From NCBI RefSeq assembly GCF_009914755.1, contig NC_060936.1: a stretch of 64,000 nucleotides of DNA. One strand, written 5' to 3'. The DNA is from the human T2T-CHM13v2.0 reference genome, Homo sapiens. Below the pieces are notes generated by a model that saw only the letters and a program-made list of their open reading frames with translations, had not been told where the DNA came from and did no database searches. Position numbers and translations under genes: made by a program. Shown one piece after another: positions 56,506-64,000 of this stretch; the first letter of the stretch is position 1, and each line of letters starts with the position of its first letter.

Positions 56506-57296
56506 ATAGATGAATTAAAAAAAGAAGATAACCAAAATTCTGCCATCCATAAGAGAACACAGTTTGCATTGTGTCTTGTATATTTCTAAAGCCCTTTTAA
56601 ATCCCTGAACCTTCTGCTTTTCCTCTGGCACTTTATTAATAACTGTATACATTTATGGTTTTTTTCTTAAAATTATGTCAAAATAAAAGTATGATTATAG
56701 GTGAAGATGGGTCACACATAGAGGAGTAGATATATAAAGAGATGTGCACATAGAACGATGCTATGCTCGTTTCTGTATTCCCAGGCCCCACTCACACACC
56801 TCACACCTCTTGGCCTTCAGTAAATTCTTATGAATTTAAATAAGCAGGGAGGGCTGCTTATGCATTCATGACTGTGGACTTGCTCCAGGGGAAGGAAAAC
56901 ATCCATGTACTTCCTTCCTGGCACATGGCCTGCTGACCCTAAAAATTTATTTGTGATTGATGAATATTTATGAAAACTGCCACTTCAATTAAAATATAAG
57001 TGCCTCGAGCTAAATTAATTGGGATGAAGGAAAAAAGGCTCATTTGCATTCTAGAAGATAACAAATGAGGGGCAGAGGTTGTCTTTGTACAGAGTACAGA
57101 AAATAATTCAAGAGTTACTGCTAGAGAGAGGGAACACAACTTGAATGCATTTCTGAACCAACAATCTTTGAAAATAGGGTTGCCATCCTTCTGGCCCAAA
57201 TCACCAGGGGATAAGAGTACATTTCAATTTAACATCCCTTACACAGTTTGCTATGCTGCCACATGCCAAAGTGAAACCAGAGAAGTTCTCTTATTC

Positions 57297-58074
57297 TGCT
57301 TGCAGGACATGCAACAGGGGTGTGGCTCACTTCTTCAGTGACCCGCTGCTCAAACCCCTGGGGGAGCATGCAGATGGGCAGGTCCTGGGCAGCGTTTCTG
57401 GGCTCCCACCCCATGGCAACGTCTAGGGTTGAGTGTTTACAGCTCCAGAAGCCCCGGTGGGTGTGTGTTACAGTGCGCTCTTTCAGCTTTGCTGTCTGCA
57501 AAATGGCTCTGTTAATCAGCTCAGTTAGACCCTCTGCCTTATCTTGACGACAGAAGCCTTTTCGTATCCCAGGTTCTTGCCCTAGTGTACCAGAAAAATC
57601 AGATCACTGTGGGCTTGGAGAATGAGTGCAAGGTTTTACTGAGTGGAGGAAGTAGCTCTCAGTGAGATGGATGGGGAGCCAGAAGGGAGATGGAGTGGAG
57701 CCAGAAGGTGGACTTCCCCTGGAGTTGGGCCACCGAGAGGCTGGACTGTCTTCCAACCGCCCCCAGCCAAATTCCCCCCAGCCTCCGTGTCATTCTGCCA
57801 TTGCTGGTGTCTGCTGGTGTCTGCCGGAGTCGGCTGGTGTCTGCTGGTGTGTTTGTCTGTTTCTGTTGATGTCCAGTTGCTTGTGTGTGTGCCTGCTACG
57901 GTCCTGGGTTTTTATGGGGCACAGGATGGGGGCATGGTGGGCCAAAATGCAACATTTTGGGCATGAAAACAGAAAAACTTGTCCTTATTAAGGTCCATGG
58001 TCATAGGCCCCAGGGCAGAGCCCTCATCAGGGACCCTTCTCTACCTAGCACTTCCCTGTCCCCTTCCCATATCA
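57297..58074 (-). mobile_element. LTR1-family (ERV1) solo LTR
   Basis: Reverse begins TGATATGGGAAGGGGACAGGGAAGTGCTAGGTAGAGAAGGG; CCCATAAAAACCC TATA-like box. Confidence 0.8.
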
Positions 58075-59223
58075 AAAGGGCCACAGTTCATGGGCACACA
58101 AGAAACCACCTCTGTTTTTATTAAGCTTTCCTGATACCCACAGCATACACAAGAAGTTCCATCCTTTAATCCTCAGTATCAGATGACTGATTTCACCATC
58201 CCAACCCCACTGTAAAAAACTTATCTCTCCCCATTCCTTTTGATGATGGGGAAGCAGATTAGGGAATATTCATAAGGGATTACTAACAAGGTTGTTTAAG
58301 GAATCTTATTTGTCCTTTGGCCTATTGCTTCCATTGTCTTGATTTTAGATGTAATTTAGTACTGGACAGGATGAGTCATGCAAATACGTAAAACTGAGTG
58401 GACATGTCACTGGGGCAAACTGGACGTGGAATTCAAGCTGCTGTTATTATTATTTATGTACCAGAAAAGTAATTAGAAGGTACTAAATTATCAAAATAAT
58501 TTTATTAAAATAGTGTCAGTTGAGAATATCAAACTATATTGATGCAATTCTAAAAAGACCCAGTTACTGTAAATAATACACTTGCATTGCTGACAATTAC
58601 AATTATTAAATTATAAAAGCTCCCAGGTAAGAAAATATTAACTTTCTAAGAGAAATGTGAAATACTTCCATCAGCAGATGGGGAGAAATGGTTTAAAAAT
58701 CAAATGAAAGTTAATATAAGATAATTTTTATCCCCCTTAGAAAAAATTGTGCTACTTATTTCTTGTGATAAATAAATCTCATCAGGTGTTTCTCTTCTTA
58801 TTCATGGTTATCCTCCTATTTATGCTCAAATAAGGCTTACTTGCTCTTGTCATTAATAATGCCAGTGACTCTTCTATTCTTCATGATTTTATTTTATCTG
58901 TTTGAGAAGATTTTTTTCTTGATGAAAATGCCAAGTCTATTGTGAGGTTCTTACTAACAGACTAGAGAGTGAAATATCTGGCCTGCATTTTCCTTGCTTC
59001 AACACGATTGATACCCAGAATTCCAATGAGCATAGTTACTTATCTATATAAAACAAAGAAGAAGGAACATTCCTGGGTCTGGGTAGATGCTTGTGCTGTC
59101 TAGAGAGTTGACACTGAGGTGTCACCACAATAAGCACAGGACCATGTTTAGGTATTGCTTTTCCTTTCACACTGACCTGGCCATCTATAAATTGTACAAG
59201 GGTTAGGAAAGATTAACTACGTT

Positions 59224-59432
59224 AGGGCCTCTCAACCTCAACACTGTAGGTATTTTGGACCAGATGCTTTTTGTGGTGTCAGAGGCTCTTCTGTGAATCA
59301 TAAGATGTTTAGCATTATCCCTGCCCTCTATTCACTAGATGTTCATAGCATACCCTTAGTCATGACTATCAAAGATGCCTCCAGACATTGTAAATGATCC
59401 CGGGGCAAAATCATCCCCATTTAAGAACTTCA
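59224..59432 (-). mobile_element. MER20
   Basis: TCTCAACCTCAACACT...GATGTTTAGCATTATCCCTG...CTCCAGACATTG...GGGGCAAAATCA. Confidence 0.75.
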
Positions 59433-61230
59433 AAACATAGTCCTGGAAGTTTTGGCCAGAGCAATTAGGCAAGAAAAATAAAAATAAAAAGGAAAAGAAG
59501 AGAAGAGGCATCCAAATTGAAAATAGAGAAATTAAATTGTCTCTGTTTCAGATGACATAATCTTATACATAGAAAATTCTGAAGATTCCACTAAAAAACT
59601 GTTACAAGTAATAAACAAATTTAGTAAAGTACCAGGATACAAAATTAATACCTAAAATTATTTGCATTTCTAGATGCTAACTACAAACTATCCAAAAATA
59701 AATAAAATAATTTCATGTATAATATCAAAAATAGTAAAATGCTTAAGAATAAATTTAATCAAGAAACTGAAACATATGTACACTTAAAACTGTAAGATAT
59801 TGATGAAAGAAATAGAAGAAGACACAAATAAATAAAAAGACATACTACATTCATGGATAGGAATGAAAAATATTGTTAAAATGTTCATACTACCAAAACT
59901 GCAGACTCAATGTGATGCCTACCAAAATTACAGGCTTTTTTTTACAGAAGTAAAAAAAATCTTAAAATTTTCATGGAGCCACAAAATATCCCAAATAGCC
60001 ACAGCAATCTTTAGAAAGAAAAATGAATCTAAAGGCATTACACTTCGTAATTTATAACATAATATATTACAAGGCTATACAAATCATAACAGTGTGGTAC
60101 TGGCATTAAAACAGATACATAGAACAATGGAACAGAATGGAGTACCCAGAAATAAACCAAGCATATAGAATGAACTAATTATTGACAAGGGTGACATGGA
60201 TACACAATGGGGGAAAAATAATCTCTTTGATAAATAGTGGTGAGAAAACTGGATAAGAAAGAAAGAAGGAAGGAAGGGAGGGAGGGAGGAAGGAAAGAAA
60301 GAAGGAAGGAAGGAAAGAACAAGAGAGGTAGGGAGGGAGGAAGGAAGGAAGGCAGGCAGAAAGGGAAGGAAGAGAGGAAGCAAGGCAGGAAGGCAAAACG
60401 AAAGGAGAAAGGAAGGAAGGAAAAGGAAGGGAAGGAAGGAAACAAAGAAGGAAAGGAGAGTGAGGGAGGAGGGAAAGAAAGGAGGGAGGGAAGCAAGGAA
60501 GGAAGGCAGAAAGGGAGGGAAGAGAGGAAGGAAGGCAATACTGCAGAAAGAAAGGAGGAAGGAAAGAAGGAAGGAAGAAGAAAGAGGAAAATAGGAAGGA
60601 AGAGAGGAAAAAAGAAAGGAAGGAATTGGATTCCATCTTATATCACATGCAAAAATTAACTCAGAATGAATTAAAGTCTAAAATATAAGATCTGGAGCCA
60701 TAAAACTCCTAGAAGAAAACATACGGGAAAAGCTTCGTGACATTGGTCTGGGCAATAATTTTTTGGGCAAGACCCCAGACAAAGGCAACAAAAGTGAAAA
60801 TAGACAAACAGGATTGCATTAAGCTAAAAAGCTTTGTCAAAGGATATGAATACAATGAGTAGAATGAAGAAAAAAAAACAATGGCATGGGACAAAGGGCC
60901 CAAATAACATATTTTCACAGAAGACATATAAATGGACAACAGGTATACGCAAAGGTAGTCAACATCAACATCACTAATCATCAGGGAAATGCAATTCAAA
61001 ACCCCAGTGAGATACCACCTCACACTGGCTAGAATGGCTATTATCAAAAAGACAAGAGATAACAAATATTGGTTAAATAAAATTTAACGAATGGGAATGG
61101 GGGTGAGGGAACCCTGTGCACTGTTGTTGAGAATGTAAATTGCTATGACCATTATGGAAAATGGTTTGGAAACTCCTCAAAAAATAAAAATATACAATTA
61201 CCGTATTATCTGACAACCCCATGTCTGGAA
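59433..61230 (+). mobile_element. L1M/L1MA ORF2 fragment (RT to C-terminal region), decayed
   Basis: GTCCTGGAAGTTTTGGCCAGAGCAATTAGGCAAGAA; TTTCAGATGACATAATC (FADD motif remnant); ATCATCAGGGAAATGCAA. Confidence 0.85.
60255..60625. repeat. Polypurine (GGAA/GGGA/GAAA)n tract inside L1
   Basis: Seen directly. Confidence 0.95.
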
Positions 61231-61439
61231 TCTACTCCATGTGCTGTGCTATTTTTTAACACCTTGCTTTGTAATTTTTCTAGATATGTTACTATGGAAG
61301 ATCAGAGAATCTCAGAGAATTTCTGTTTCTTCTGTGTAAAGATGCAGAGATAGAGGACAAATGTCTCTAGTCACCCATCGTTTTCATGATTTTTGACGCT
61401 GTTGAGTGAAGATGTGATGATCAAACTGTTGAAGGCATC

Positions 61440-61905
<466 letters not shown>

Positions 61906-62829
61906 GATTTGGTAAAACTATTATTTCTCTATTATTAATATCTATATCTTCCCTATTATTAATAGGGAAGATACAGTGGACAACCTTAGCATGCCAGAAG
62001 AGAAAAATGAGATCACACCATTGAGGCATTGAATCAACTCCAGATTGACTGATTCCAGATATTCTGTCTATTAGGATAAAAGCCTATTGTTGAAGTAGAA
62101 AGAGTTGAATATCCTGAAACTTGCATCTAAAAGCAATCTCAAAAACACAGCTTCACGTCAATGGAGTTGGCTGCCTTCCTGTTTTGATACCCTGCTCTCT
62201 CTGAATTTAAATGATCTTTCACTTCAATTATGAATTTCTTATTTATTTATGTAAGCCAATTTGTATGAAGGTATCTGTTCCCCTTCAAAGAATACACACA
62301 CTTGACCCAAAAAAACTGAATGAGTTATACTAAGGATCTAAACCCATGTGGCCCAGCCCATAGTCTAATATGAGAAACAAGTAAGAGATTCTAAAAGTTC
62401 TCGAGCAATTTCTTGAATAGAGGAGAAAAGTAACTTTAGTTGTTCTGGTAAGTGTACTTTGGATCCCATTAAATGAAAGATATTAAGAGAAAAATGCATC
62501 ATATCTAAATGTAGACATTACTTTGCTACTCTCTTTTACCTGTTGTAGTATTAGTAGCTGAATTTCTATATGAGGATTAAGATACTCCTAAGTATTACTA
62601 CAACATAAATACAAATAGGGTATGTCGTTAATTTTTAAGATGGAGCCAGGTATTTTGGTGTTTAGGGTCCTTAAGGGGAGATAGATGATAGATGATAGAC
62701 AGATAATTTTATTATTTATAAATAGTATTTTATAACAATATGTTATAATGCATATGTACAAATTAATATATTTTTGCTTTACTATAATACATATACATAT
62801 ATTTTCTTTTTTTTTTTGGTCCTTACAGT

Positions 62830-63262
62830 CACATATCTGCCCTCAGTCCTTCTTTATTCTCTTTTGAATCCCAGCAGGCTACTCTGTGGAGATGCATCAT
62901 AATCAGCTTACCTCTTCTTTGCCTTTAGATTAGAAAGGAATCACTTGCAGGAAACCAGGAGAAGGTAGGAGAGCAAGATCCATGCATTTGTGCTTCAGAC
63001 ATCTCATTGCTGGATTATTACAACTGATGGAACTTTACAGCAGCAATGAGCCTCTCCATGCACCCTTCCTGGCCGCCTCCTGCCCTGATGCCTGGGTGTG
63101 GTAAGAACTCCCACCACAGTTGGATTTAAGTAACTGTAATATCCTGTGCGGTTTGCTTTACAATCTGTCAACGTCTTTGTAGATGGTCCCTTTATTAATC
63201 TATCTTTCAATTATCTTCATTTGCATGTGCCAGGTGTTTCCTGCTGAGCCCCTGAATTACAG
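62830..63262 (+). mobile_element. LTR33-like ERVL LTR
   Basis: CTTTGTAGATGGTCCCTTTATTAA...TGTGCCAGGTGTTTCCTGCTG 3' end. Confidence 0.55.
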
Positions 63263-63869
63263 GATTAATAACAGAATTTTCTTGCCTTTTTATGTTCAAG
63301 TAATTTGCTATTATTTAAACAATAACAAAGATTTTGAAAATTGGCTGAGGAGCACGGACATTGTGTATTTGGTTCAATTTTCTGAAAAGACAGTATTGCA
63401 GCTTTAGTTTTCATGCTCACTTGTCTTTATTAAAGGAGCTCTATAAAAGTTCCACTGAGAACCACAATGGCATCTCTCTTCACTCTTGATATAACCTTGA
63501 GAAAGCCCCGTGTAATTTCTTATTTCCACATCGTCCTAGAAACTCTAAATCTTCCTGCCCCTGTCAACAAATCAGTTTTATAAAGATGAGAAATGTGCGT
63601 TCAAGTTCTTTTAAAGGTTCTGTGTTAAAGAATTCCACATTTTGCAATCATTTTAGACATCTTTGCAGCTGGAAAAGTCACCACTCGTAAGAGGTTAAAG
63701 AATATTTTCAAGCTATAAAAAGCTTTCATCTAAATTATTGAGTCAAAGGTTATTTCCTCCATAGATTAAAGTCAAAGCATACAAGATATGGAGGATGTTG
63801 GGGTAATTCTAGAGCAAGCCCTGTGGTACAGCACCAAACAGTTTCTAAAAACAATATTTAAACCCCCAA

Positions 63870-64000
63870 CTTTTTTTTTTTTTTTTTTTTTGAGGCAGAG
63901 TCTTGCTGTCACCCAGGCTAGAGTGCAGTGGCGCGATCTTGGCTCACTGAAAACTCTGCCTCCCGGGTTCAAGCAATTCTCCTGCCTCAGCCTCCCGAGT
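63870..64000 (-). mobile_element. AluS right arm, truncated by window
   Basis: Poly-T then GAGGCAGAGTCTTGC...CCTCAGCCTCCCGAGT. Confidence 0.92.

Noticed and set aside
60084-60659. Lys/Glu/Gly/Arg-rich and Ser/Phe/Leu/Pro-rich ORFs
   Set aside because: They are translations of the polypurine microsatellite

Overview
This is primate (human-like) non-coding DNA, AT-rich and dominated by interspersed repeats: about 25 Alus, L1/L2/MIR pieces, many ERV1/ERVK/ERVL/MaLR solo LTRs and DNA-transposon fossils. I find no intact protein-coding gene, RNA gene or CRISPR array. The only gene-derived sequence I can name is a processed HSPE1 (HSP10) pseudogene split by an Alu. I do not see a new multi-gene biological system. 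The most notable structures are: (1) a MADE1 mariner MITE carrying about 84 bp copied from a site 5.1 kb downstream; (2) an unidentified ~365-bp insert with target-site duplication (TSD) and short poly(A), which looks like an orphan retrocopy; (3) a long Charlie1 hAT fossil whose catalytic DES motif is the target site of the HSPE1 retrocopy; (4) an AluY with all 25 CpGs intact and AT-to-GC-biased substitutions; (5) four MER41 LTRs, two with intact tandem GAS motifs; (6) a MEIS/HOX-motif-dense unique segment. Repeat subfamily names come from recalled consensus sequences, and boundaries of old repeats are approximate.
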